Assembly (NCBI GenBank): GCA_046292385.1
Contig: JBKBRF010000017.1
Location: 1 to 64,000, forward strand
Direction of reading: 5' to 3'
DNA: 64,000 bases
Source: Armatimonadota bacterium
GTDB lineage: Bacteria > Armatimonadota > SYMT01
How positions within the stretch are numbered: position 1 is the stretch's first letter; each line of letters begins with the position of its first letter. The position numbers and the translations under genes are program-made. The notes under the pieces are model-generated. The model did not search any database. It was given only the letters and a program-made list of their open reading frames with translations, and was not told the origin of the DNA. This document shows, one piece after another, positions 54,935 to 64,000 of this stretch.

Positions 54935-56161
54935 ATGAGGACGATGTCGAGAAACGGACAGCAGTCTCGCCGCCGCAGCGCCCGGAAGCTCGCGTTCGGG
55001 GTGCTCCTGCTCCTCGCCCTGGCCATTCCCCTCGATCTGTTCGTGACCGGGCGGGACGCAAGGGCGCGCTGGATCAGCGCGCTGCCGCCTGGCGCGGTGC
55101 GTCAGCTCGGTCGCAGCTTCCCGCAGGATCCACCGGTCCTTTTCGCTCTGGCGCGCTCCCAGCGGAACCAGGGCGACAGCGCCGCTGCCGTGGAGACCCT
55201 CCGCCGCGCGACGGAGCTCGATCCCACCTTCCAGCTGGGCCGGGGCGAGTATGCCGACACGTTGATCGACGTCGGACGCACGGCGGAGGCGCGATCGATC
55301 TCCCGCGAGTGCCTGATGAACCATCCCGAGGTGCTTCCCGCGCTGGTGGCGGAAGGGAGACTCTACGCGTCCCGAAACGAATGGCGTGAGGCCGCCCGCT
55401 CCGCGGCGGAGGCGCTCCAGGTGGCGCCCACCTCTCCGGATGCGTGGCTGCTTCAAGCCCGCGTCGACGCGGGGCAGAACCGGTGGCAGGAGGCCGCGGC
55501 CGCCGCGTCCCGCGTGTCGGGTATCGGCAGCCGGCAGTGGGAGGCGCGAGTGATCCGGGCGGAGGCGGCGATGGAGCTCGGGGACTTCACGCAAGCCGTG
55601 GAGCACGCCGAAGCGGCAGTAGCGCTCCGGCCGGTCGAGCACCGGGCCCAGACTTGCCTGGCGCGGGCGCTGCTGCAGGTGGGGGAGCCGGGCGCGCTGG
55701 AGCGTGCGAGGGGGGTCGCGGCGGAGGCGGTTCGGCTGGCCCCGCTGGACCGGCAGGCGCTCCTCGCCGCCGCGAGTGTGGAAGTGGCGCAATCTCGCTG
55801 GGATACCGCGCGAGAGCAGCTCGAGACGATCCTGCAGGGCTGGCCGGACGCGAACGACGCTCGCCTGCTGCTCTCGCGAGTGGCGAAGGCCAGCGGAGAT
55901 CTCGCCGCCGCCCGCCGCTGGACCACGGAGCACCTGCGCTGGGAAAAGTTCCTGGGTGAGCGGGACATGCTGCTCGAGCGGGTGCGCGCGGTTCCCTACG
56001 ACCCGCAGCCGTGGGTCGATCTCGCCGTGAGATACCAGGAATTCGGGATGTGGACGGAGGCCCGCCGCGCGGCGGGCGAAGCGCTCAAGAAGACGCGGGA
56101 TCCGGGCGCGCTTGCATTGATGCATTCTTTACTGGGGGGGAAGGAGAAACCATCCCCCTGA
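54935..56161 (+). CDS. Membrane-anchored TPR protein
   Basis: N-terminal TM followed by TPR-like repeats. Confidence 0.8.
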   Translation: MRTMSRNGQQSRRRSARKLAFGVLLLLALAIPLDLFVTGRDARARWISALPPGAVRQLGRSFPQDPPVLFALARSQRNQGDSAAAVETLRRATELDPTFQLGRGEYADTLIDVGRTAEARSISRECLMNHPEVLPALVAEGRLYASRNEWREAARSAAEALQVAPTSPDAWLLQARVDAGQNRWQEAAAAASRVSGIGSRQWEARVIRAEAAMELGDFTQAVEHAEAAVALRPVEHRAQTCLARALLQVGEPGALERARGVAAEAVRLAPLDRQALLAAASVEVAQSRWDTAREQLETILQGWPDANDARLLLSRVAKASGDLAAARRWTTEHLRWEKFLGERDMLLERVRAVPYDPQPWVDLAVRYQEFGMWTEARRAAGEALKKTRDPGALALMHSLLGGKEKPSP

Positions 56162-56214
56162 TCGAACCCTCTTTTTAAGTACCGTTTAAGAAGACGGGAA
56201 GGAGGTGAGCAGGC

Positions 56215-56469
56215 GTGCAGCAAGAGGTCAGCAAGACGACCATGATCGCGGCAGTCGTTGTCGCGGTCCTGGTGCTGGGTGGTCTGGGTTGGTGGATCAC
56301 GTTTGGGTCGAGCATGGCAACACCCCCGCCCCCGCGTACAAACCAGCCTCCGGGTGGGTACGAGGCTACCGCGAGTGGTCCGGCCGCCAAGATGCGAGGG
56401 ATGAGCCCGGGCGTCACCCCAGGCGCCAACGGAGCGGCCGGCGGCTACAACGGCGTGCCGGGCCAGTGA
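56215..56469 (+). CDS. Small single-TM hypothetical protein
   Basis: SD aggaggt, TM helix, Pro/Gly-rich tail. Confidence 0.65.
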   Translation: MQQEVSKTTMIAAVVVAVLVLGGLGWWITFGSSMATPPPPRTNQPPGGYEATASGPAAKMRGMSPGVTPGANGAAGGYNGVPGQ

Positions 56470-56492
56470 CGGCCTTCGGAAGGAGATGAAGA

Positions 56493-57401
56493 ATGGAACG
56501 GGTTAAGAAACCGTTTAAGAAACGGGTCTCGGGCCCTTCGGGCTTTACCCTGATCGAGCTTCTCGTGGTCATCGCGATTATAGCCATCCTTGCGGCGATT
56601 CTCTTCCCCGTCTTCGCCCAGGCCCGAGAAGCCGCGCGGAAGGCGAGCTGTCAGAGCAACCTGAAGCAGCTCGGTGCCGCGATGCTGATGTACAGCTCCG
56701 ACTACGACGAGAAGCTGCCTCACGCGGGCTGGAACAGCGGCGGCGACGTGGGTGGTCTCCTGATCCCGACTACAGCAAGCTGTATGGCAACCGGGGCCAC
56801 GGTGGTTTGGAACGGGCAGATCGTGCCGTACGTCAAGAACCACGGCGTTTACAAGTGCCCCAGCGATCCGATCAACCGGGCGGTGAGCTACCTGTACAAT
56901 CAAGAGCTCTCCTGGCGGGCGGGCGGTGGCGATCCGCGCGCCAATCCCACGAAGGTTCCGGCGATCCCCTCGCCGGCAGAGGCGTTCCTCCTGGTTGACG
57001 GGGGGATCCAGCCCACGGGACCCGGGATGTACGGACTGGCCGCCAACACCCCGCGAGACCAGTGGGTACGGATCGACATCCAGTGCGGCGACTACACCGA
57101 GCCGCGCTCCTGGGACCGCCTGGTCGATCGCCATCGCGCGGGCCGCACCCACGGCGGGGGCGCCAACTGGCTCTTCGCGGACGGCCACGTGAAGTGGGCC
57201 AAGCTGCAAACGCACCAGCTCGGGACGGGGGCCGGCGACTGTCGCACCGGCTTCAGCCAGCCGAACGGTCATCGGACCAGCAGCGTGCCGATCTACTGGG
57301 CCAGCAACGTCGATAAGCCGTGCGGCCCGGACAACGGCGTAACCGATCCGTGGCAGCTCTGGGAGGACTGGGAGGAGCCGTCGCCGAACCCGGCGCAGTA
57401 A
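56493..57401 (+). CDS. Prepilin-type N-terminal cleavage / DUF1559 protein with H-X9-DG motif
   Basis: [58 protein letters not shown]. Confidence 0.93.
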   Translation: MERVKKPFKKRVSGPSGFTLIELLVVIAIIAILAAILFPVFAQAREAARKASCQSNLKQLGAAMLMYSSDYDEKLPHAGWNSGGDVGGLLIPTTASCMATGATVVWNGQIVPYVKNHGVYKCPSDPINRAVSYLYNQELSWRAGGGDPRANPTKVPAIPSPAEAFLLVDGGIQPTGPGMYGLAANTPRDQWVRIDIQCGDYTEPRSWDRLVDRHRAGRTHGGGANWLFADGHVKWAKLQTHQLGTGAGDCRTGFSQPNGHRTSSVPIYWASNVDKPCGPDNGVTDPWQLWEDWEEPSPNPAQ

Positions 57402-57430
57402 GTCCCGGTCCAGGCCTCGAGCCTGAGCCA

Positions 57431-57472
57431 GAGAACGGCCGCGGGGAAGCAGCACTCCCCGCGGCCGTTCTC
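57431..57472. terminator. Hairpin between convergent genes
   Basis: gagaacggccgcgggga/tccccgcggccgttctc. Confidence 0.6.
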
Positions 57473-57499
57473 GTTCTCGGAGGTGGAGCCGCTCCGCCG

Positions 57500-59182
57500 C
57501 TATTCCGGCTCCTGAATAGTGAGGTACTGGTCCCCGGCTACGTTTCGCAGCCGGGTCCGCTTGCCGGAAGGCCAGTCGATCTCGACGCGGTCCGCTGCCG
57601 GGGCGCCTCCGAGCCCGACGAGGACGCGCGGATCGTTAGAGGAAAGCAGGCTCCCGGACGGCTGCGCTTCCAGGCGCTGCGTTCGACCGCCCGTCGTAAC
57701 CCGAATGCGTGCGCCGATGCCGTCCCGGTTGCTCCGTGTCCCGCGCAGCCGGATCCCCAGCCAGTGGCCGGTCGACTCCAGGCAGTTCCGGAGCAGCAGC
57801 GGCTGTCCTTCCAGATCGATGACCAGCGCGTCCACGCGGCCATCGTCGTCGAAGTCGCCGAACGCCGCTCCGCGCCCCACGATCTCGCGGAGGCCCGGCA
57901 GAGCGGCAGCCGAGACATCGTGGAACTTACCCTGCTGGTTGCGCAGCAGCAGCAGCGGCTGACGATACCGCTCGACCGAGCGGAGCTGCTCGACGTTGTC
58001 CTCTACGTGTCCGTTCACCACCAGGAGGTCTCTCCAACCATCATGGTCGAAGTCGAGGAACCTCGCTCCGAAGCCGACCAGCGGGTGGGTGGGACCGCCT
58101 ACTCCGGCGGAGTAGCTTTCTTCGCTAAAGACGCTGCCGTCGCTGCGGTAGAGGGCCGTCGCCTGGGCGCTGAAGGTGGTGACCAGCAGGTCGCTCCGGC
58201 CGTCGTTGTCGTAGTCGCCCCAATCGACTCCCATCCCCCCCTGGCGCCGGCCGTTCGCATCGTAGGCGGTGCCACTCTCGATGCCGATGTTCTTGAAACC
58301 GACGGCACCCCCGGCCGCGCCCTGATTGAGGAAGAGGTCCCCGGCAATCATGTCGTTCGCCAGGTACAGGTCGGGCCAGCCGTCGTCGTTGAAGTCCTGG
58401 AACATCGCGCCCCAGGTCCGGCCGTGGGCGGTGTGCAGTCCCGAGGCGCGAGTCGCCTCCCGGAAACGACCCCCGCCCAGGCCCCGGTAGAAGCGGCCGA
58501 TCTCCGGCTGATACAACTCCGGCCCGCAGACGGCCGATACGTCGCCATGGCGGCAGTACCGCTGGTCACGCGCCGGATCGAAGCGGGCGAACGCGCCGAT
58601 GTACAGGTCGAGCAGTCCGTCCCGATCGACGTCTCCGAACGCGATGCTCTGGCCCCAGGTGGGGAAAGTGACTCCGGAGGAGCGCGTGACGTTGACGAAC
58701 CGCCCCTCCCGATTCTCGAGCATCGCCCCGCAGCGGTATCCGGAGAGGCAGAGATCCGGGTCTCCGTCGTTATCCCAGTCCGCCGCGCCCACGCCGATCC
58801 AGAACCCGGGGAGCGACAGCCCTGTCTCCGCGGTCACGTCGGTGAACCGGCCCCGGTCGTTTCGGAACAGCGCGGGGAGGCCCCGTCCGACCAGGAGTGC
58901 GTCGAGGTCGCCGTCGCTATCGTAGTCGAGCCAGGCGCAGCCGGAGCCGTTCGTCTCCAGAATGTCGCGCGGGCGCTCGGTCGGCTCGTTGGCGGAATAC
59001 CGGATGCCGCGCTCCGCCGCCTCGTCCACGAAGACCCGCTCGCCGCCTTCCACTGCGCGCGCGGGGGTGGGCGCGGGCGCGGCGGTGCCGTGGGTGCGGC
59101 AGCCCCCGCCCCACAGCAGGGCTGCGGGGACGGAGAGCGCCGCCAGGACCCGGCCTTTAGTGGAAGTGAGACTCGATTTCAC
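57500..59182 (-). CDS. CRTAC1 family (FG-GAP repeats + ASPIC/UnbV) protein
   Basis: DYDSDGDLD-type repeats, GRGAAFGDFDDDG, SNRDGIGARI. Confidence 0.9.
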   Translation of the reverse strand: MKSSLTSTKGRVLAALSVPAALLWGGGCRTHGTAAPAPTPARAVEGGERVFVDEAAERGIRYSANEPTERPRDILETNGSGCAWLDYDSDGDLDALLVGRGLPALFRNDRGRFTDVTAETGLSLPGFWIGVGAADWDNDGDPDLCLSGYRCGAMLENREGRFVNVTRSSGVTFPTWGQSIAFGDVDRDGLLDLYIGAFARFDPARDQRYCRHGDVSAVCGPELYQPEIGRFYRGLGGGRFREATRASGLHTAHGRTWGAMFQDFNDDGWPDLYLANDMIAGDLFLNQGAAGGAVGFKNIGIESGTAYDANGRRQGGMGVDWGDYDNDGRSDLLVTTFSAQATALYRSDGSVFSEESYSAGVGGPTHPLVGFGARFLDFDHDGWRDLLVVNGHVEDNVEQLRSVERYRQPLLLLRNQQGKFHDVSAAALPGLREIVGRGAAFGDFDDDGRVDALVIDLEGQPLLLRNCLESTGHWLGIRLRGTRSNRDGIGARIRVTTGGRTQRLEAQPSGSLLSSNDPRVLVGLGGAPAADRVEIDWPSGKRTRLRNVAGDQYLTIQEPE

Positions 59183-60359
59183 TGAGCAGCCTGGAGGCGT
59201 CGGTATCGGCAGGATTACGGCGGATCGCGGAGAGCACGGCCTTGTGCGCCGGCTCCCAGAGCTCCATGTCGCGGTAGAGGCGGGCGAGGGCGACCCAATG
59301 CTTCGCCTCGTCCGGTTGAAGCGCCACGCGGTCGTGCAGCTTGACGCGCTGCTGCTCGAAGCGGTCCCATTTCTGGAACTCGGCGTCCACCTGCTTCGCC
59401 TCCGCGCTGCGTCCGAGCGCGCGCAGGGAGCGGGCGAGCGCGTAGCGGGCGGAGTTCAAAGACGGGTCGGCGCGCAAGGCGAACCGGAATTGCTGCTCCG
59501 CTTCCAGGTGCTTTCCCTCGGACTGGAGCACGGTGCCGAGGCCGGTATAGGCGCGCCCGGAGGTTTCACCCAGGGAGGTGGCGCGCTCGAATGCCGCCCG
59601 CGCGCGCTCCCGTTGGGCCGCGCCCCCCAGGAGGAGCGCCTGCCCGAGCTGGGTGTGGGTGTTGGGGTCCTTCGGCGCGGCGGCGACCGCCGCTTCGGCG
59701 TGCCGCTCCGCCTCGGCGAGCTTGCCGAGCTGCATTGCGGCTTCCGAAGCGAGCACCAGCGCCGCCGCGCTCCCCGGGTCGAGCGCCGCGGCGTGCTCGA
59801 AGTCGGCCAGCGCCTTTCCGTAGTCTCGCTGCCGCAGGACGGCGTCTCCGCGCAGGAGCCAGGCCTGCACGTTCTTCGGGTCCGACTGGATCGCGGCGTC
59901 GGCCGCCTGGAACTGCCGGCGCCACGCCTCCTGACCCTGGTAGAGCATGGCGAGGCCGAGGTAGGCGTCGGTGCTGGCGGGATCGTCCTGGATCGCCTGC
60001 CGCAGGTGCAGCAGCGCCTCCTGGTCCCGCCCGATCGAGACGAGGAGCGATCCCAGCGTGGCGCGCGCGCGGCTGAACTTGGGATCGATCTTGAGCGCCT
60101 CTTCCAGGGCGGCGAAGCCCTGGTCCGCCTGTCCCAGCTCCAGCTTCTTTCGCGCCAGGTAGTACTGCACCAGCGGATCGTCTTTCCGCGCGGCTTCCTT
60201 CTCAAGCTGCTGCACCGACATCCGCGCGAGCTGCGGCTCCCGCGGCGTGGGGTTGAACCAGATGCGCTGGATGCCCAGGGCGACGAGGCACAGCGCCAGG
60301 CCGCCGGTCAGCAGCGACAGGCGTTTGCGTTGGGACGGGTTCAGTGCAGCAGGTCGCAT
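59157..60359 (-). CDS. Membrane-anchored TPR protein
   Basis: N-terminal TM plus multiple TPRs; start could be up to 60410. Confidence 0.8.
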   Translation of the reverse strand: MRPAALNPSQRKRLSLLTGGLALCLVALGIQRIWFNPTPREPQLARMSVQQLEKEAARKDDPLVQYYLARKKLELGQADQGFAALEEALKIDPKFSRARATLGSLLVSIGRDQEALLHLRQAIQDDPASTDAYLGLAMLYQGQEAWRRQFQAADAAIQSDPKNVQAWLLRGDAVLRQRDYGKALADFEHAAALDPGSAAALVLASEAAMQLGKLAEAERHAEAAVAAAPKDPNTHTQLGQALLLGGAAQRERARAAFERATSLGETSGRAYTGLGTVLQSEGKHLEAEQQFRFALRADPSLNSARYALARSLRALGRSAEAKQVDAEFQKWDRFEQQRVKLHDRVALQPDEAKHWVALARLYRDMELWEPAHKAVLSAIRRNPADTDASRLLSEIESHFH

Positions 60360-60766
60360 AGACTTCAGCGAGACGGGGGCAGAGCGATGCAGTGAGGTTA
60401 ACTTGGACACGCTGGCAGACAGTTCCCTCCGCCCCGCACTTCCACCGCAGGACGAAGCTCGGGTGCTACCGAACCTAGCTATTCAAAGGCGGAGGGATCG
60501 GCGAACCGGCCGATCCGGAGTCGTTCGCCGGAACCGCGATCGGAAATGAAGCTGCCAGTCGTTCTCCTCACTGCGGGAGCGCCGGTGTTGTCCGTCCTCC
60601 CCGACCGGCCGCCGGCGCGGCCCCTCCGCCGGACGGATCGACGCTTTGCCCACGCGTCACGACCACCGCGGTGGGCTGCCACCCCCGGCCCCGGCCCCGG
60701 CCCCGCGCGACCGCGGCTTGCCGCCGCGCGGACGGCGGCGGGAGGTCGGAGGAAGAGGGAACTGCT

Positions 60767-61792
60767 ATGAGCGGGACAGTGCTGTCCGAATCGGAGCACC
60801 GCAGCGCGCCTCGGCGCGGCGGCCGGAAGCTGAAGCTGCTGTTGGCGGCGCTGGCGGTCCTCGCGGCGGCCGGGACCGGGACCTGGTACGTAGCGTTCCG
60901 GCTGCCGGCGGAGCGTGCCCGGGCGGCGTTCGAGACGGCGGCGCGCGGAGTGGAGCAGCAGCAGTCCGGCGACCTGGAGGCGGCCATCCGCTCGTTTCAA
61001 GCGGCCACCCGGCTCGATGCGGACAACTCACGCGCGTGGCTGCTGCTGGGCCAGGCGCATCGTGAGCGGGCGTCCGACTCCGCCGAGGGTCTGAAGGCGC
61101 TGGAGAGGGCGAGCGCGCTCGCCCCCACGGAGGCGCCGGTGGTCCGGGAATACGGCTTTGCGCTGCGGCAGACGGGCCGTTTCGAGAAAGCCCGGGACGT
61201 GCTGCGCCGCGTGGTGGCGCTCGATCCGACCGACGCCGCCGCCCGGGTGGAGCTCGCCCAGGCTCATCTGGGTCTCGACGGCTCACCGGAGAACCTGGAG
61301 GCGGCGATCAGCGAATTGAGAACGGGCCTGGACCTGGAGCCCGGCAACGCGCGAGCCCGCTACTTCCTGGCGCGGACTCTGTTCCAGCGCGAGCAGCTGC
61401 CGGAGGCGGAGCGAGAGTTCAAGCTCACGCTTTCGCTGCTTGCCGCCGGAGCCCGGCAGAGTCCCGGAATCATGGATGGCTTTCTGAACAACTCGGCGCG
61501 CTGGCTGAGCTTCGTCAAGAGCGCCCACCACTACCTGGGGCAGATCGCCTACCGCAGCCGGCGGGACGCCGAGGCGGCACGCTACCGCGCAGTGCACGAA
61601 GACATCAAGCGGTACCTCGAAGTGACGAGGGAGCCGTTTCGCATGCTGACGGTGGACGCGAACGATCCGGCCGCCAGGGCGGCGCTGAGTAAGATCTACG
61701 TGCGCTTTGGCTTCCCCAGGAGCGGTCCGGACGGCGCCGCCGCGGCCCGCCGGTGGATTCCCTCGGTGGCGGAGCCGAAGGGCGATGAGTAG
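60767..61792 (+). CDS. Membrane-anchored TPR protein
   Basis: N-terminal TM plus TPRs. Confidence 0.8.
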   Translation: MSGTVLSESEHRSAPRRGGRKLKLLLAALAVLAAAGTGTWYVAFRLPAERARAAFETAARGVEQQQSGDLEAAIRSFQAATRLDADNSRAWLLLGQAHRERASDSAEGLKALERASALAPTEAPVVREYGFALRQTGRFEKARDVLRRVVALDPTDAAARVELAQAHLGLDGSPENLEAAISELRTGLDLEPGNARARYFLARTLFQREQLPEAEREFKLTLSLLAAGARQSPGIMDGFLNNSARWLSFVKSAHHYLGQIAYRSRRDAEAARYRAVHEDIKRYLEVTREPFRMLTVDANDPAARAALSKIYVRFGFPRSGPDGAAAARRWIPSVAEPKGDE

Positions 61793-63476
61793 GCTCCGCA
61801 CCGGCTGGCTGCTGGCGTGGGCTCTGGCCGCCCTGGCGCTGGCGGGCTGCGAGTGGACGCGCGCCGCCGCCCCGAGCGCGGATCCGGGGTCCGCCCCGGA
61901 GCTCTCCGTGCCCTTTGAAGAGGTCTCGGCGGCGGCGGGAGTGGAGCTCGTGCAGGGCCATCCGGACCGCCTGCTCGACATCCGGGAGGTGACGGGCAGC
62001 GGCGCCGGCTTCCTCGACTTCGATGCGGACGGAGACCTCGACCTGGTCCTGCTGGCAACGGATCGCTGCGCGCTCTACCGGAACGAGGGGAGCGGTCGCT
62101 TTCAGGACGTTAGCGCGACCGCGGGACTCCCGCAGAAGGGGCAGTGGACCGCCTGCGCTGCCGGGGACTACGACGCCGACGGGTTTCCGGACCTGTTCCT
62201 GAACGGCTTCGATTGCGTGGCGCTTCTGCACAATGAAGGGGGGAAGCGGTTCCGAGACGTCACCGCCGCGGCCGGGTTGACGATCCCCAGCCTTCCGGAG
62301 CCCCACTTCGGCGTTAGCGCCGGCTGGGCCGATTACGATCGTGACGGGCAGCTGGACCTGTACGTGGGACGTTACGTCCGCTTCGGACCCAAGTCGCCGC
62401 GGTTCTGCCCCTCGCGGACGGGGGGGCTCGTAACCTGTGGCCCCGCGTACTACCAGCCGCAAATCGGCGCGCTCTACCGCAACGTGGGGGGCGGCCGGTT
62501 CGAGGAAGTCACCGAGTCCACCGGAGCGCATCGCGTAGACGGAAAGACGTGGGGCGTGCGGTGGCTCGACTTCGACGACGACGGGTGGGACGATCTGTAC
62601 CTGGCGAACGACGAAGTGGCGGGCAACCTGCTCCGGAACGTGGCTGGCAAGCGCTTCGAGGACGTGGCGGTTGCAGCCGGGGCCGCTTACGATCGGGACG
62701 GCCGCGTACATGGTGGGATGGGGGTCGACTCCGGCGACTTCGACGGGGACGGACGGCTCGACCTGATCGTCACCACGTTCGTGCGGGAGTCGTATAGCCT
62801 CTATCGCAACCTGGACGGGCGTACTTTCACCGACGTTGCCCCCGTTACCGACCTCGCCCAGCCGACGCATGCGCCGTCGGGCTGGGGGACCAAGCTGTTC
62901 GACTACGACAACGACGGTCGGCTCGACGTGATGTTCGTCAACGGCCACGCCACCGATACCGACACCAATCCGCAGGTCCGCGCCGACCTCGAGCAGTCGA
63001 TGCAGCTCTTCCGCAACGAAGGGAAGCGGTTCCAGAGTGTTCCCCTGGGAGCCCTGGCGAAGCCGATCGTGGGGCGCGGCGCGGCATTCGGGGACTACGA
63101 TAACGACGGCTTCTGCGACGTGGCCGTCATCGACATGGAAGGCCGCGCGCTCCTCCTCCGGAACCGCGGCGCCTCCGCCCCGGGCGGGGCCCACTGGATC
63201 GGCTTCCGGCTGGAGGGCGGAAACGGGAACCGGGACGCCCTGGGCGCGCGGGTCACGCTGCAGGCGGGCGGACGGAGCCAGGTGGCGGAGGTCCGCACCT
63301 GCGGGAGCGTCTTCTCCACGCACGACCCGCGGGTCCGGTTCGGCCTCGGCCCCTCCGCGGAGGTGCAGGAAGTGTCGGTGCGGTGGCCGGACGGAAAGCT
63401 GGAGCGCTTCACCGGGCTCGCGGCGGATCGGTATCACACGCTGACGCAGGGAAGGGGCGCGGCGGCGAAGCCGTGA
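61785..63476 (+). CDS. CRTAC1 family (FG-GAP + ASPIC/UnbV) lipoprotein
   Basis: Lipobox LAGC; DFDADGDLD repeats; GNRDALGARV. Confidence 0.9.
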   Translation: MSRLRTGWLLAWALAALALAGCEWTRAAAPSADPGSAPELSVPFEEVSAAAGVELVQGHPDRLLDIREVTGSGAGFLDFDADGDLDLVLLATDRCALYRNEGSGRFQDVSATAGLPQKGQWTACAAGDYDADGFPDLFLNGFDCVALLHNEGGKRFRDVTAAAGLTIPSLPEPHFGVSAGWADYDRDGQLDLYVGRYVRFGPKSPRFCPSRTGGLVTCGPAYYQPQIGALYRNVGGGRFEEVTESTGAHRVDGKTWGVRWLDFDDDGWDDLYLANDEVAGNLLRNVAGKRFEDVAVAAGAAYDRDGRVHGGMGVDSGDFDGDGRLDLIVTTFVRESYSLYRNLDGRTFTDVAPVTDLAQPTHAPSGWGTKLFDYDNDGRLDVMFVNGHATDTDTNPQVRADLEQSMQLFRNEGKRFQSVPLGALAKPIVGRGAAFGDYDNDGFCDVAVIDMEGRALLLRNRGASAPGGAHWIGFRLEGGNGNRDALGARVTLQAGGRSQVAEVRTCGSVFSTHDPRVRFGLGPSAEVQEVSVRWPDGKLERFTGLAADRYHTLTQGRGAAAKP

Positions 63477-63564
63477 ACTTGCTCTGCGGAGCGGTGCGTG
63501 AAGCCGGACCGCTCCGCGGCCCGCGCGACCGGCGCGGCCGCGGCCCCGGAAGCGGTCGCCCCTG

Positions 63565-64000
63565 ATGAACCTCTGGACCCTCGTCCTGCTCTGCTGCGTC
63601 CTTCTCTCGGCTGCCGGCGTCGCCGGCCCGGCCGACGCGCGCGACGGCGACGGTGCGATCCGCCCCGTCGCGCTGACCTGCGAGTACGCGGTGAACCCGC
63701 TCGGAGTCGACTCTCCCGCGCCCGCGCTCGGCTGGCAGCTCCGCGCGGCCGACCCGAAGGCGCGCGGCCTGTCGCAGTCCGCCTACCAGGTCCAGGTCGC
63801 CACCTCCCCCGCGCAGCTCCGCGCCGGCAAAGCCGACGTGTGGGACAGCGGCCGGGTGGAGTCCGCGGAGAGCGTGCAGGTGCCGTACGGCGGCCGGCCG
63901 CTCCGCTCCGGCGAGCGGGTCTACTGGCGGGTGCGGGCCTGGGACACGGCGGGAGCGCCTTCGCCCTGGAGCGAAGCGGCCTGGTGGGAGATGGGGCTGC
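63565..64000 (+). CDS. Alpha-L-rhamnosidase (GH78)-type N-terminal domain, truncated by window end
   Basis: LTCEYAVNPLGVD, QSAYQVQV, WDSGRV, YWRVRAWD, WSEAAWWEMGL. Confidence 0.8.
   Translation, partial: MNLWTLVLLCCVLLSAAGVAGPADARDGDGAIRPVALTCEYAVNPLGVDSPAPALGWQLRAADPKARGLSQSAYQVQVATSPAQLRAGKADVWDSGRVESAESVQVPYGGRPLRSGERVYWRVRAWDTAGAPSPWSEAAWWEMGL

Overview
High-GC bacterial chromosomal window, about 60 genes. A DUF1559/H-X9-DG prepilin-like gene, CRTAC1/TPR clusters and many Tat/Sec-exported hypotheticals suggest an Armatimonadota/Planctomycetota-like host (inference). The main discovery is at 38966-41868: a small ribbon-helix-helix gene with a phased operator, then an array of seven Y-RNA-like ncRNAs (order A-B-C-A-B-C-[long hairpin]-A), then Ro60/Rsr (TROVE+vWA). 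All seven share a GGGCCG...G(G/C)UU(A/C) 22-nt register and a CUUG(C/U)C partner strand. The three A units carry 7-nt anticodon-like loops (GCU, GUC, AGG). The two B units are tRNA-shaped, with the Ro helix in place of the anticodon arm. The two C units are YrlA-like. A second candidate system (47936-52779) joins a TPR histidine kinase, a sigma54 promoter, a subtilase with nine QALWSD repeats and a tiny secreted peptide ending QVLWSD, which suggests peptide signalling. Also present: a UxxC (UGA) selenoprotein redoxin in an operon whose ECF sigma gene has an in-frame TGA, an Rhs-HINT-DUF2380 toxin in a lower-GC island, a macrolide phosphotransferase, a sigma/XRE/ImmA-IrrE module, trmFO, a Sua5-type gene, a fused E1 alpha/beta dehydrogenase, glycoside hydrolases, and REP-like and heptamer repeats. 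All calls come from manual motif reading; no database searches were run.
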